Assembly: GCA_002269645.1 (NCBI GenBank)
Contig: NIVC01000102.1
Coordinates: forward strand, 1 to 64,000
Reading direction: 5' to 3'
DNA: 64,000 bases
Source of the DNA: Macrostomum lignano
Lineage: Eukaryota
Shown piece after piece: positions 29,322-41,640 of the stretch (position 1 is the first letter of the stretch; each line of letters opens with the position of its first letter). Below the pieces are notes generated by a model. It saw only the letters and a list, made by a program, of their open reading frames with translations, was not told the origin of the DNA and ran no database searches. The position numbers and the translations under genes are program-made.

Positions 29322-30281
29322 TTTAATTGAATTTCTTCCCTAGTTAAAGCTATTCCGCTTCAGTCAGTGGCCGTTTGTTAAATCCAGCCCCCATGGGGCA
29401 AGCAAGTCCTTTTACAATGTTCTGCAATTCTGTACTCGTAAATAAAACACAGGGTGATCTGTCAAACGAGCAGAGAAGCTCCGCAAACTGTGCCTGAGAA
29501 AATATACAGTTTGTTTGGCCACACACAACTACCAAAGCATGATTGGCTGAAGGAAGAATTGGGTGCCACGAAATGCCTGCGTTCCCTAGCTTTGACTCTC
29601 TGTGTATCTAGCAGAACTGCCGCATAGAAGTTTTATGGATTAATATGTGTAGAACGTCTGCCCAGAAGGATAGCGGAAGCGCGGGCTAGAGGCAGCTTAG
29701 AGAGAGGAGAGGGGAAGAGAGAGCGAGAGGAGGGAAGAGGGAAAAGGAAAAGGGCTTATTTGGGGAGGGGAGAGAAGCAGTTTCCCAGGCGTCATCGCCT
29801 TAGGCTCGAAACTCTTATCTGAAAGTCTCCACGATCAGTCAGACATCAAGCTGGATAAGGGCATGTGTGTTGGGAATAAGTTTCTTCGCTTTGGGGAGGG
29901 GGTGGCTGCTAGAGTTTAAGAGGCCGGGGTGGCTGTCTGCTGCTGCTGCTACTGCGGCGCTTGCACTGTTCTGCAAAGATAAGTATCAATAACTTCGAGG
30001 GACTGCAGCCATCTGCAACTCATCTGGAACTGCAATTTGGAACAGATGCATCGGTTGGGGCTGTCCTGGGGGGAAAGGAAATTTCTACATTAGCTTAATT
30101 TGGCATGATAGAGAAATTAAAACGGAATTAACAATTTTTTTATATCGAAGCAGAGTGCCGCATTGGTGACGTGTGCTCGCGCTGCATCGCCCTGCTATTC
30201 GAGCGAGTCTGTCAGGGTCCAGTAGAGTACATGCCTGAAGATGAGACAGTCAAGCCGCTGTGCACCCTGCGTCAGCATTGG

Positions 30282-30633
30282 TATTGCTTTTGTCAGCCTA
30301 ACTGAGAATAAAGCCATCCAAAGTGAGAATCCTGCCTACGCTGACTGCGAAGGGCCTGGCTGCGTGCAGCCTTAGTCTATGGGCCATAGACAATAAAGGA
30401 CAAGCAAAGTGATAAAAAGCCATCCAATGTGAGAATCGATTGGTCTATGCGTCGTATTCTTTTATTTTTATACCTTCTGAGCTTCTGAGCCATATGACTA
30501 GCAAATCCTAGCTTATCCTTTATAGTCTATGGCTCATAGACTAGGCTGGACGCAGCCAGGCCCTTCGCAGTCAGCGTAGGCAGGATTCTCACTTTGAATG
30601 GCTTTATTCTCAGTTAGGCTGACAAAACCAATA
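30282..30633. mobile_element. Foldback element / MITE with ~125-bp near-perfect inverted arms
   Basis: Left arm TATTGCTTTTGTCAGCCTAACTGAGAATAAAGCCATCCAAAGTGAGAATCCTGCCTACGCTGACTGCGAAGGGCC... is the reverse complement of the right arm ...GGCCCTTCGCAGTCAGCGTAGGCAGGATTCTCACTTTGAATGGCTTTATTCTCAGTTAGGCTGACAAAACCAATA. Possible TA TSD. Confidence 0.85.
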
Positions 30634-31479
30634 ATAGTCATTCAAAAATGTCCCTCAGTTACATATAAGTGTAGTAAAGAGAGACAAAGAGTAGAGAAAG
30701 CTTCAAAGCAAAGTCACTATTACTACAGCTTCAAATAGCACTACTCAGCCGAAAAGCATGTCCTAGAAGTTTCCAATCCAAAATCAAGGACTACTCAAGA
30801 AGAGGGAAGAGAAACTACGTTTTAGGGCAGGTTTTACCAAAAATCACATTACCGAAAGATCTTTTACGGGAATAGGACCTGCCCCGAACTAGCCAATAAG
30901 TACGCCTAAAGTAATATCATAATATCATAAAATATAAAAGTCAGCACTCTTGGCGTGTACACATAAAAAATAACTATAATGATAATAACAGACGAGGGAT
31001 AACTTAGCCTTAGCCTTAGAAAGCGGAAACACTGCAGCTTCGAAATGCCAGCTGTTAAATGTTTATCTTTCAAACCGACACTGCAGTTCTCGCTAGAGAA
31101 AAAAATCACAAGATAGGCAAAGGAGCACTGGGCCTCTCCAGATTTGATTGATACGATTCGAGGGCGGCATGAAAGTTTCAAAAATCTCGTCCAGATTGAC
31201 TGGAAGGCTGTGGGCAGCAGCTCTCCCTGTCAGTCAGACGTGACCCGTGCCGACAGAAATTGTGATGTAGTCTGTCGTTTTGAAGAGCCGTGCAGCACGC
31301 TAAAAAGTAAAAAGTAATCCTTTGCGCTTGCACTTTCAACTCTGCGATTTAAGTAAAAAAAACACTTTGCAAACGAAACCTTTTTAAGTGGTAACTGAAA
31401 AACATAACTGCAGAAAAGGGCTTTTGTGTGATACTTGATCTCCTGAAAAGGGCAATTGACTGCTGCTGATTGGAAAAAA

Positions 31480-33115
31480 GGGAGATTCTTCGATGGGAGA
31501 TTCTTCGATTGGCGATTCTTCGATGGGCGATTCTTCGATGGGCGATTCTTCGATGGGCGATTCTTCGATGGGCGATTCTTCGATGGGTAATTCTTTGATG
31601 GGCGATTTTTTATGGGCCATTCTTTGATGGGCGATGCTTCGATGGGCGATTCTTTTATAGGCGATTCTTTGATGGGCGATTGTTCGTTGGGCGATTCTTC
31701 GATGGGCGATTCATTGATGGGCAATTCTTCGATGGGCGATTCTTCGATGGGCGATTCTTCGATGGGCGATTTTTTATGGGCCATTCTTTGATGGGCGATT
31801 CATTGATGGGCAATTCTTCGATGGGCGATTCTTCGATGGGCGATTCTTCGATGGGCGATTCTTCGATGGGCGATTCTTCGATGGGCGATTCTTCGATGGG
31901 CGATTCTTCGATGGGCGATTCTTCGATGGGTAATTCTTTGATGGGTGATTCTTCGATAGGCGATTTTTTTATGGGCCATTCTTTGATGGGCGATGCTTCG
32001 ATGGGCGATTCTTTTATGGGTCATTCCTTGATGGGCGATTCTTCGATGGGCGATTCTTTTATAGGCGATTCTTTGATGGGCAATTCTTCGATGGGCGATT
32101 CTTCGATGGGCGATTCTTTGATGGGCGATTCTTCGATGGGCGATTCTTTTACGGGCGATTCTTTTATGGGTCATTCTTTTATGGGCGATTCTTCGATGGG
32201 CGATTCTTGGACGGGCGATTCTTCGATGGGCGATTCTTTTATAGGCGATTCTTTTATAGGCGATTCTTTGATGGGCGATTCTTCGATGGGCGATTCTTTT
32301 ATAGGCGATTCTTTGATGGGCGATTCTTTGATGGGCGATTGTTCGTTGGGCGATTCTTCAATGGGCGATTCATTGATGGGCAATTCTTCGATGGGCGATT
32401 CTTCGATGGGCGATTCTTCGATGGGCGATTCTTCGATGGGCGATTCTTCGATGGGCGATTCTTTGATGGGCAATTCTTCGATGGGCGATTCTTCGATGGG
32501 CGATTCTTCGATGGGCGATTCTTCGATGGGCGATTTTTTTATGGGCCATTCTTTGATGGGCGATGCTTCGATGGGCGATTCTTTTATGGGTCATTCCTTG
32601 ATGGGCGATTCTTCGATGGGCGATTCTTTTATGGGTCATTCCTTGATGGGCGATTCTTCGATGGGTAATTCTTTGATGGGTGATTCTTCGATGGGCGATT
32701 TTTTTATGGGCCATTCTTTGATGGGCGATGCTTCGATGGGCGATTCTTTTATGGGTCATTCCTTGATGGGCGATTCTTTGATGGGCGATTCTTTTATAGG
32801 CGATTCTTTGATGGGCGATTCTTCGATGGGCGATTCTTCGATGGGCGATTCTTCGATGGGCGATTCTTCGATGGGCGATTCTTCGATGGGCGATTCTTCG
32901 ATGGGCGATTCTTCGATGAGCGATTCTTCGATGGGTAATTCTTTGATGGGTGATTCTTCGATGGGCGATTTTTTTATGGGCCATTCCTTGATGGGCGATT
33001 CTTCGATGGGCGATTCTTTTATAGGCGATTCTTTGATGGGCGATTCTTCAATGGGCGATTCTTCGATGAGTGATTCTTTGATGGGCGATTCTTCGATGGG
33101 CGATTTTTTATGGGC
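31480..33115. repeat. 15-bp minisatellite (GATGGGCGATTCTTC), ~108 copies
   Basis: Visible. It explains the MGDSS, IEESP and RRIAH ORFs. Confidence 0.98.
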
Positions 33116-33944
33116 GATACTTGTAACTACTTCTCATTAGGCGGTACACAATATAAGCGTAAATCTAGCAACACAGATTGACCCAATTAGGGAAAAAACT
33201 TAGCAGCCTGCCAGCATTTGAATCTGTGAGGAAACTCTATCTCACTCAGTGCCACCTGCGCAAAATCCTCTTGTTTATGGCTGAGAAACACAAGTTCCTA
33301 TCATCACATGGAAAGCTGTTCGATCATACTGATTTTTTATGGCTGGCAAGACTCGGAAGCTCTGCTCAATGCATGGCAACACCGGACAGTTGCATGGAGT
33401 TCGACATGCCAGATTAAGTGTCGAGTCCTTATTCCGTGCCGCGTGAGTAATGGCATAAATCGGCCGGAACTCCTGTGTGCTCAAGGGGCAGAATGATCAA
33501 TTGACTGACTCTCGCACCAGGAGTACCCTGGGATCGATTCCGGGGCTTGCCTATCTCCTCTGCAACCTCTATGGGCTACTCGGTGGTGCGAGCAATAGCA
33601 TGACGACTTGCCTCCTGGATGTCCTCTGGATCTGCGGCAGTGTCCCAAAGCCCCTTTGAAGCTTACTAATCAACAGTCGAAAACGATATACTCGTGTTTC
33701 GTGTCAGTCTACGAGTCTTTCAGTTTCACCATGCTGTTAATTTAGGATTGACCAAGCTCAGGATTGATCAATCTGCATTTTTTATCAATTTCACTCTGCC
33801 AAGATAGAAGTTGTAATCGATCCCGGAGTAGGAAAACATAGCGCATTTCCGTTTCTCGGTTTCACATTTCTAATTCTATACGGAGTCTCCCTGAAAGCAG
33901 CGGGTACTAATTCACCAATATTCACTCTATAGCTGCACCGGCCT

Positions 33945-34165
33945 GTCCCGTCCCAGAGAACTGTTGCGCCGTCGGTGACTCCAGCTGGCAGCCCTCATCA
34001 TCCGAGCCGAGTCCTACTGCCCGCAGCCGGTGCAGGAGGTGCCGCAGCTGACGCTACAGGCGGGGACAGGCGCGCACTCGGCGTTTCGTCGACTGCCGGC
34101 TGGCTGATGCGGTGCGATCTACGTTTGCGCCCACGCTCGGAAACGCGCCCTCTGACGTTGTCTTT
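33945..34165 (+). mobile_element. Second 3' fragment of the RTE-like LINE family seen at 1664-2285
   Basis: Translation ELLRRR*LQLAALIIRAESYCPQPVQEV aligns with ETLRRRRHQLAGHTIHAEAYCSQPVQDV from the first copy. Confidence 0.7.
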
Positions 34166-34425
34166 GCATCTCTTTTGACTCGCTTGACAACGTATTTTGC
34201 TGTTGTTATCGTTGTTGGGTGACTCTTCTGCAGATTTTTCCACGATCGAATCGAACCCTGCTGGCAAAACTGACTATGCTCATGTGTCTGAGTGCCCATG
34301 ACTCGGATAATCATGCAGAAGATGGGTGGGTTGTTCTTTACCAATTAATGACCCGCTAGGGGCATGAGGGCCGAACACTTCAGATGCTTGGAAACTTCAA
34401 GCCATAACTAGGGGTGCCTCCTGGA

Positions 34426-35169
34426 CAGGGGCGTAGCCAGGAATTTTGATTGGGGGGGGCGTGAGTTAGGGGGCGCCAGCTTCTTATAGGGGAGCGCCAG
34501 TTTCTTTTAGGGGGGGGCGCCAGTTTCTTTTAGGGGGGGGGGTGGGGCACCAGTTTCTTAGGGGGGGGCGCCAGTTTCTTTTAGGAGGGGCCGGGGCACC
34601 AGTTTCTTTTAGGGGGGGCCGGGGCACCAGTTTCTTTTAGGGGGGGGGGCGCCAGTTTCTTATAAGGGGGGGGGGCGCCAGTTTCTTTTAGGAGGGGCCG
34701 GGGGCACCAGTTTCTTTTAGGGGGAGGGCGCCAGTTTCTTATAGGGGGTGGGGGCGCCAGTTTCTTTTAGGAGGGGCCGGGGCACCAGTTTTTTTTAGGG
34801 GGGGCCGGGGGCACCAGTTTCTTATAGGGGGGGGGGGGCGCCAGTTTCTTATAAGGGGGGCACCAGTTTCTTTTAGGAGGGGCCGGGGGCACCAGTTTCT
34901 TTTAGGGGGGGGGCGCCAGTTTCTTATAGGGGGGGGGGGCGCCAGTTTCTTTTAGGAGGGGCCGGGGCACCAGTTTCTTTTAGGGGGGGCCGGGGCACCA
35001 GTTTCTTTTAGGGGGGGGGGCGCCAGTTTCTTATAAGGGGGGGGCGCCAGTTTCTTTTAGGAGGGGCCGGGGGCACCAGTTTCTTTTAGGGGGGGGGGCC
35101 AAGGCCAGAGTTGGTGATTAGGGGGGGGGGGGGCCACGGCCCCCTTGCCCCCCTCTGGCTACGCCCCTG
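34426..35169. mobile_element. hAT-type non-autonomous element (MITE) with a G-rich internal minisatellite
   Basis: 15-bp perfect TIR CAGGGGCGTAGCCAG / CTGGCTACGCCCCTG. 8-bp TSD CTCCTGGA at 34418-34425 and 35170-35177. Interior is about 23 copies of GG[C/G]GC[A/G]CCAGTTTCTT(T/A)TAG(G)n. Confidence 0.92.
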
Positions 35170-35448
35170 CTCCTGGATGTGGTGAAAGGGGAATGAACTC
35201 CCGTTGTTTCCTTGGTTGGAAACCCGGCGAAACTCTGCGGACTGAAGTACTGAACTACAATATAATTTTGCAATAAATCCATAGCTACGAATCAGTTTAT
35301 AGGATCGAATAAAACAGAACTAAAGTTTGCAGCTCCGACTTGACTAATTCCGAATCTAGTGGTATATTAGTCGCCTTTTAGTGGTATTTTTCTATTATAT
35401 ATTTTATAATAGTGGAACAGTTCAAAGTTCGCAAGAATTTAAGCTTGC

Positions 35449-37608
35449 TGATGTAACCACGCTCTGGTCGCGGGATAGGGCATGGGAACTTTTTCGAAAG
35501 TGCCTCCTATGCCGTGCACCCTCTGCACAGAGCTGTCGAGACTCGGCCAGGTCTCCGAACGGGCCTGGAGACTCCCGCTCTGCTGCACCCCTCCTGCTGC
35601 CTTGGTCCCGTCTCCCCTGCCGCCACACCTGCCTTTCCGGAGCCCCCTACCCCTTTCTGTACCTCCCCCTCTACCCTATCTCTTCTGTTTTCCGCCCTAT
35701 TCTTCCTGTACTTTCCCTATCTCCCCTCTTTTTGTCTCCCTCTGCACTCTTTTCCTGCGCTGTCCCCTCTTTCCCTGTGTCTACTTACAGTATTTTGTGT
35801 GCTCACCGTCTCCCCATCCCCTCTCAAACTCCCAAACGGTGACGCAAGTCGTGTGACCCCCTCTCCCCCTCGGTGACTCATCGATGACTCATCCCCCTCT
35901 CTTGCGCAACCTTTTCTCACGCCATTGTTCTCCTCCCCAAATTTCTCATGCGACACCCACCCCACCTCCGCTTCTATTGTTCTCGTTTTTGCTTCTTTTG
36001 TTCTCTCGACCCCCACCAATTATCACATTTTCTCCGATTTTCTCTTTTCCATTGTTCTCAGTTCTCCCCAATTATCCCCGTTTTCCAATTCCTTTGTTCT
36101 CGACCCCAGCCCTATTGTTCTCAATGTTTGCTTGCGCAATACTTTCGCGACCACCCGCTGCGCCAATTATCCCCCCACCCCACCTCCGGATTGCGCAATT
36201 TCCCGATTTCTCATGTTGCTATGCCGGTCTCATGCTTCTCATCATGACTCATTCTGACGTCATTCTGCCGGCAGCCAATCAGAGAGAGGGAGCCATGGTA
36301 ACGACCTTGAGGAGGCGGCTGTGAGGTCTAAAAAAAAGCGATTTCGGCATGAGAATCCTCAAACTCTTCCTCTCCTCGTCCTTCTTTGGACTTGCTGTCA
36401 GATTGAGTTCTGACCCATTCGTCTATAAGACGAATCCCTGCCGGTCCGCGGTCTGTTACCGCTAAGTTATCTTCAGCTCCCCAAGTGAGCTCGCCTATCG
36501 GCCCGCGGTCTGAAACCGCCCAGCATCATCAGCATCGCCTGATCTACATCAGCGCCTCGTCGCTTCAGCGCACCGCCGCTTCACTGTCTGCTTGACTGCA
36601 GCCTACAGCCGCCCTCGGTCACTCCGCCTCTCTCTCTCTCTCTGTGCAGCTGCCGGTAAGTTCCTGTTACTAATTTGTGCTCTAATTGCCTTTGCTTATC
36701 CGGGGTTTGCCTATTTTCCATTGTCTGATTAGAGAGCTGAGCCAATTGTGATACCGTAACTTTTTGCTGTATTTTACTCAAAAGTGAAGCCGCCTAATTG
36801 CCTGATTATTCGCCTAAGGGCCTAATTATTAACTACTAACTAACTTCATCATTATTCAATCTTTCACCATCATTTAACTCATGGCTTGCTAAGCCTTTCT
36901 CCCGGGGTGGCAAAGCATAAGGAAGTTTGGGTAAGCTAATGGCCTCTCCCCGTGCAAAGCCCGCCTGTGTGAGTGCGTGCGGCGGGGCCGTGCGTGCGTG
37001 CAGTGGAGGGTGATTAGCGAGTCTTGGCACAGAATGGCAGTAGGAAGGTTGCAACCCCATGCTAACGCGTCCCTTCGCCCTGAGCAATCTAAACTAGAGA
37101 CAGTACATGTTCGCCTCATACTACTCTTAGTAATCAAAGTCGCAAGTCAGCCTCGCTCACAGCCACAAAGGATCCCCTGCTGAGAAATCCTCCAGGATTG
37201 AGCCCAGAGTTCCCGATCATGCCCCAAGCAGAGTCCCTGTACTCGGCTGCATGCGTCTCCCCTGTTAGCCTAAATCCCCTGGTAACCAATCCAGGCGGGG
37301 CTCTAGCCTCGAGAGGTCTGGTAGAAAGATCCAGGTGCGCCAGGTCACATAGAGTGGTGGCAGCCACTCGGTCATACCATGACCGAGTGACCAACTATTG
37401 CACCTTGGCTACAGGTGGGGTCCATGTGGGTCCTTGGCCCTCTGGTCACGAAGCGCCACCAAAGCTACTAATCATGTGGGCGGGACAGTCTGGTGCTGGA
37501 GGTCCGTCAGGTCATTGCCCGGTCATAGGCAGCCTACGGTCATTGCCCCCTCTAGCCAAGCGTTCGTCTCTCAATAGGAGCGGACAGGCGACAAGGGCGG
37601 TTACATCA
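35449..37608. mobile_element. Solo-LTR-like element, 2160 bp
   Basis: Ends TGATGTAACC...GGTTACATCA (10-bp inverted, TG..CA), flanked by the 4-bp direct repeat TTGC (35445-35448 and 37609-37612). No coding capacity. Contains a CT-rich tract, a CCAAT box and a perfect hairpin at 37365-37389. Confidence 0.72.
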
Positions 37609-37634
37609 TTGCAATGTTTTATTTTGTAAGTCCG

Positions 37635-38381
37635 TTAAACCAAGCCGAACTTGACCCAATCAGAGCTCGTCTCAATCGACTGTTCCACCTGAGCGTCTGT
37701 GAACTGCAGCAAACGGCAGGTTCTGAGCTTGCTGTTGTACAGCACCTGCTTGCTGATGCCGGACCTCACAGCTGCAGCAGTGCACTGCAGTGGAATTGCC
37801 ACGTCATTCAAATCCTGGTAGCAGTAAATATTTTGAAGATTTTAGTTGGTCTGCTTGAACGGAGTCACCTTCCAGGTGGCACTGCCGACGAACTCAGTCG
37901 GGGCGTACAGCTCGCAAGCGAATCCTCGGAATAATGAGCAGCTCGAGTCGATCAGTAGAGCGTCGCTTGTGGCTGAAGTTATCAGGCAGTCCTGATTTCC
38001 GAAACTATTGGGCATTCCGGGGTACCAGAGCGAGTCATTTAGTGGCAAAAAGCCGCGTCCATGGACCCTGTGCCAGCCAGAGCGGCTGGTCTGCCTCTCG
38101 TCCGGCAGGTCGGTGATGCCGAGCCACAGCTTGCAGAGGCAAACCACGCTTGGCATGTTTCTGACCAGCTTCAAGGAGTCATAAGAGTTGATGAGCTCAC
38201 CTCCTAGAGCGGCGCAGTGCCTGTTGGCGTCGCACCAGGTGAAATTCTGCGACGTGTTCACGAAGATGCACCTGCCGGCCTCGAGCTGGAATGGAGGAGG
38301 GCAGGCGGTGGCACAGACTTGTAGCAGCAAGAGATGAAGCTGTACGTACAGAAGCAGCTGCATCAGTCGGTGAGTTCTCAT
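37635..38381 (-). CDS. Secreted C-type lectin with a C-terminal PAN/Apple-like domain; in-frame TAA at 37842-37844 (premature stop, or inside a 54-nt intron at 37815-37868)
   Basis: Signal peptide (MRTHRLMQLLLYVQLHLLLLQVCATA). CTLD motifs CPPPF..GRC, TWCDANRHCAALGGEL, LWLGI, WYPGMPN..GNQDC, SC....FACE. The same frame continues past the TAA as IYC...QC....VLYNSKLRTCRLLQF to TAA at 37635-37637. AATAAA at 37618-37623; TATA-like sequence near 38445. Confidence 0.85.
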
Positions 38382-39738
38382 GCTTGTCTGCAACAATAGT
38401 GGTTTCCGGAGGCGCGGTTGGCATCTTTGAGGGTACCGCGGTATATTTATGCACCAGCTAGGGCAGTTTCTAAAACTGAAGGACTTTTTTGCAGCCAATT
38501 GTTTTTTCACAAAAGATTTGATTTGTTAGTGAAGCTTAAAAGCAATCTATTTTTGAGTAGTTCGAGTCTCTTTTGTCTCTTTTCAAGACTCCCAGATATT
38601 CAATCGCTATGACTTCAAAGCAGTTTCGATTGCTGACTTTAATGCGGCGTTTTACTTTGATGTACTATAAAAACACCAGCACTCTTTACTTCTCATTGCC
38701 TGTTTCTAAATATGTACAGTACCCATGGCAGTCGAAACAATGAAATATTGTTCAAATCTATATTTAGAGGTAAAAAAGGCAATGAACAGAGCAAAGCAAG
38801 CAGTTTTTTATTTATGAGGATTTTCTGCTTTCTGCTCTTTTTATGTCAACCAAGTCCTATTTTCACAATGAAAGAGAACAGATTCAACCATTTCCCGCTT
38901 GCAATTTTCCACTATTCTATAAATAAGCATCACAAGAGTTAGTGATTGCTTTTCTGATGGTGTACGAGATAGCGCTTTCGTATGCGGTACGTAATCCAAA
39001 CAGACGTCATTTAAGTCCATTTTCACCCAGGTTTCATAAAAAATTGTCCTAATTTCCGGGCTGGAAACTTTAATATGTCACTAACTGTTAGATTCAGAGA
39101 GTTTTTTTTAAATAAAAATGCGTGCAACATGTGTGTGAATACCGTTATTTTTAAACAGAGAGTGGATTTAAACAAAATCTAGTGCTTGGTAAATAACTTC
39201 ATAAATTTCATTGAAATGACCCTAATATCTGTCAATTAGTTTATGTTTTTGCATTACAGATACTCTTTCTGGTGCACAGTATTCATTTAGCTACAAAAAT
39301 AGAAACAAGAGTTCACATTGCACTCACTGGGTAATATAGCAGATTTCTCCAACCAATCATAAGCGAGAACCAGAGGTTAAAGTGGGGGTGGGGGTCGGTG
39401 GGTTAGGGGTGGGGTTGGTGGTGACTGACTCATTTTAGATGCGCCTTATCTTCTTACCCTGTGCCCCTTTTTCTAACTCAAAATGTACGATATAGGCACG
39501 TGACTGGACAAGAGTGTACAAAACTCACGCCTTAGCAGCCTTCAGTCAAAGCCTCCGTGGAATTAGAGGGCACAATAGAAAGAGCGAGAGAAACAAATGA
39601 AAAAATACGAGTATATAAGTTAGTTCAATTTGCCTGCAACCAGTCAGACATCACAAGCGCCAATTGAAACACGTTAAAAGTGTTGTTACTTCTGCAAGTC
39701 CTATTTTCATCCGTCCAGACAAACAAGCAGAGCTCGTC

Positions 39739-39960
39739 ATGTCCGATGACAAGTACCGCGAAGCCTTCCAGCAGTTCGACGAGGATGGCAACGGCGCCAT
39801 CAGCTCCGACGAGCTGCGGACAGCTCTGCGCAGCGCCTTCGGTGAGATGGACGACTCCGAGATGGAGAATCTGCTAACGATGAAAGGCGACAAGGAGTGC
39901 CTGGACATGGACGAGTTCGTGGCCTTCATGCAATCTGTCGAGGCATCCCGCAGCGAGTAG
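39739..39960 (+). CDS. Calmodulin-like half-protein A (73 aa, intronless; one canonical and one degenerate EF-hand)
   Basis: EF loop DEDGNGAISSDE; second loop degenerate (..KECLDMDEF). TATATAA near 39613; AATAAA near 40096. Confidence 0.85.
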   Translation: MSDDKYREAFQQFDEDGNGAISSDELRTALRSAFGEMDDSEMENLLTMKGDKECLDMDEFVAFMQSVEASRSE

Positions 39961-40589
39961 AGACCTCTGGCCCTGGAGAGCCGCTAGTCTTCTGTTGAAC
40001 AACTTTTGTCTTGCCGTCAGATCCTTCAAATCAGTGTTTTTATACCCCTAAATATTAATTTCTTGCGCTTGAACTGTTAAATCGTAGTAGCTGAAATAAA
40101 AGTTGGCATTTCGAATTAGTCGACTCAAATCTCTTTTTAAACTGCGTCGGTTGTATTTGGGACTTTATTATTTTCAGTTCCATGAAAAATGTATCTCTCA
40201 CAAATTGATTCAAAATGAAGCAATTAAGTCGTCGAAATTTGCAAAACTACGCTAAACAAGCTTTATAAAAGTTAAATATTATTCCATCGTAATTTTCAAA
40301 GATGTAGCTGACGTAAGGTATTGTATGTTTGTACGAGCTAAATTTAAATATAGAAACGTTTTGTATTTCTGCAACAGCTAACAAAACTGGGATCACGCGA
40401 CAGAAACTATGTATCGAAAGTATCAGTATCTATATCATTATCTGTTTCAGTATCAGGTGTAGGAACCGCAACAGTTCAGCCATTCTGCTGGGCAATTGAT
40501 ACTTGCGATGCTGGGGTTCATGTCTGGAGCGACTTTAACGGCAAGCTCAATGTAGACATTCTGAAAGTGTCTGCAGTCGAAATGTTTCG

Positions 40590-41640
40590 AAAAGGCGCCA
40601 AGGCTATACTATAAGGGGCGCCAAGGCTATACTATAAGGGGCGCCAAGGCTATACTATAAGAGGCGCCAAGGCTATACTATAAGGGGCGCCAAGGCTATA
40701 CTATAAGGGGCGCCAAGGCTATACTATAAGGGGCGCCAAGGCTATACTATAAGGGGCGCCAAGGCTATACTATAAGGGGCGCCAAGGCTATACTATAAGA
40801 GGCGCCAAGGCTATACTATAAGGGGCGCCAAGGCTATACTATAAGGGGCGCCAAGGCTACACTATAAGGGGCGCCAAGGCTACACTATAAGAGGCGCCAA
40901 GGCTACACTATAAGGGGCGCCAAGGCTATACTATAAGGGGCGCCAAGGCTATACTATAAGGGGCGCCGCCAAGGCTGTACTATAAGGGGCGCCAAGGCTA
41001 TACTATAAGGGGCGCCAAGGCTATACTATAAGGGGCGCCAAGGCTATACTATAAGGGGCGCCAGGCTATACTATAAGGGGCGCCAAGGCTATACTATAAG
41101 GGGCGCCAAGGCTACACTATAAGGGGCGCCAAGACTATACTATAAGGGGTGCCAAGATACTATAAGGGGCGCGAAGATACTATAAGGGGCGCCAAGGCTA
41201 CACTATAAGGGGCGCCAAGGCTATACTATAAGGGGCGCCAAGGCTGTACTATAAGAGGCGCCAAGACACTATAAGGGGCGCCAAGGCTGTACTATAAGAG
41301 GCGCCAAGACACTATAAGGGGCGCCAAGGCTGTACTATAAGAGGCGCCAAGACACTATAAGGGGCGCCAAGGCTACACTATAAGAGGCGCCAAGACACTA
41401 TAAGGGGAGCCAAGGCTATACTATAAGCGGCACCAGGGCTATACTATAGGCGGCGCCAAGGCTATACTATAAGCGGCACCAGGGCTATACTATAGGTGGC
41501 GCCAAGGCTATACTATAAGGGGCGCCAGGCTATACTATAAGGGGCGCCAGGCTATACTATAAGGGGCGCCAGGCTATACTATAAGGGGCGCCAAGGCTAT
41601 ACTATAAGGGGCGCCAGGCTATACTATAAGGGGTGCCATA
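40590..41640. repeat. 23-bp minisatellite (GGGGCGCCAAGGCTATACTATAA), ~45 copies
   Basis: Visible. Confidence 0.96.

Noticed and set aside
31230-33140. 486-aa MGDSS-repeat ORF and the opposite-strand IEESP and RRIAH ORFs
   Set aside because: These are translations of a 15-bp minisatellite, open on both strands.
35381-37629. Several 80-150 aa ORFs
   Set aside because: No recognisable domains. They lie in the CT-rich solo-LTR-like element.
40440-40600. Short open frames on both strands between CaM-like A and B
   Set aside because: No EF-hand or other motif and no consistent splice partners. Not supportable as an exon.
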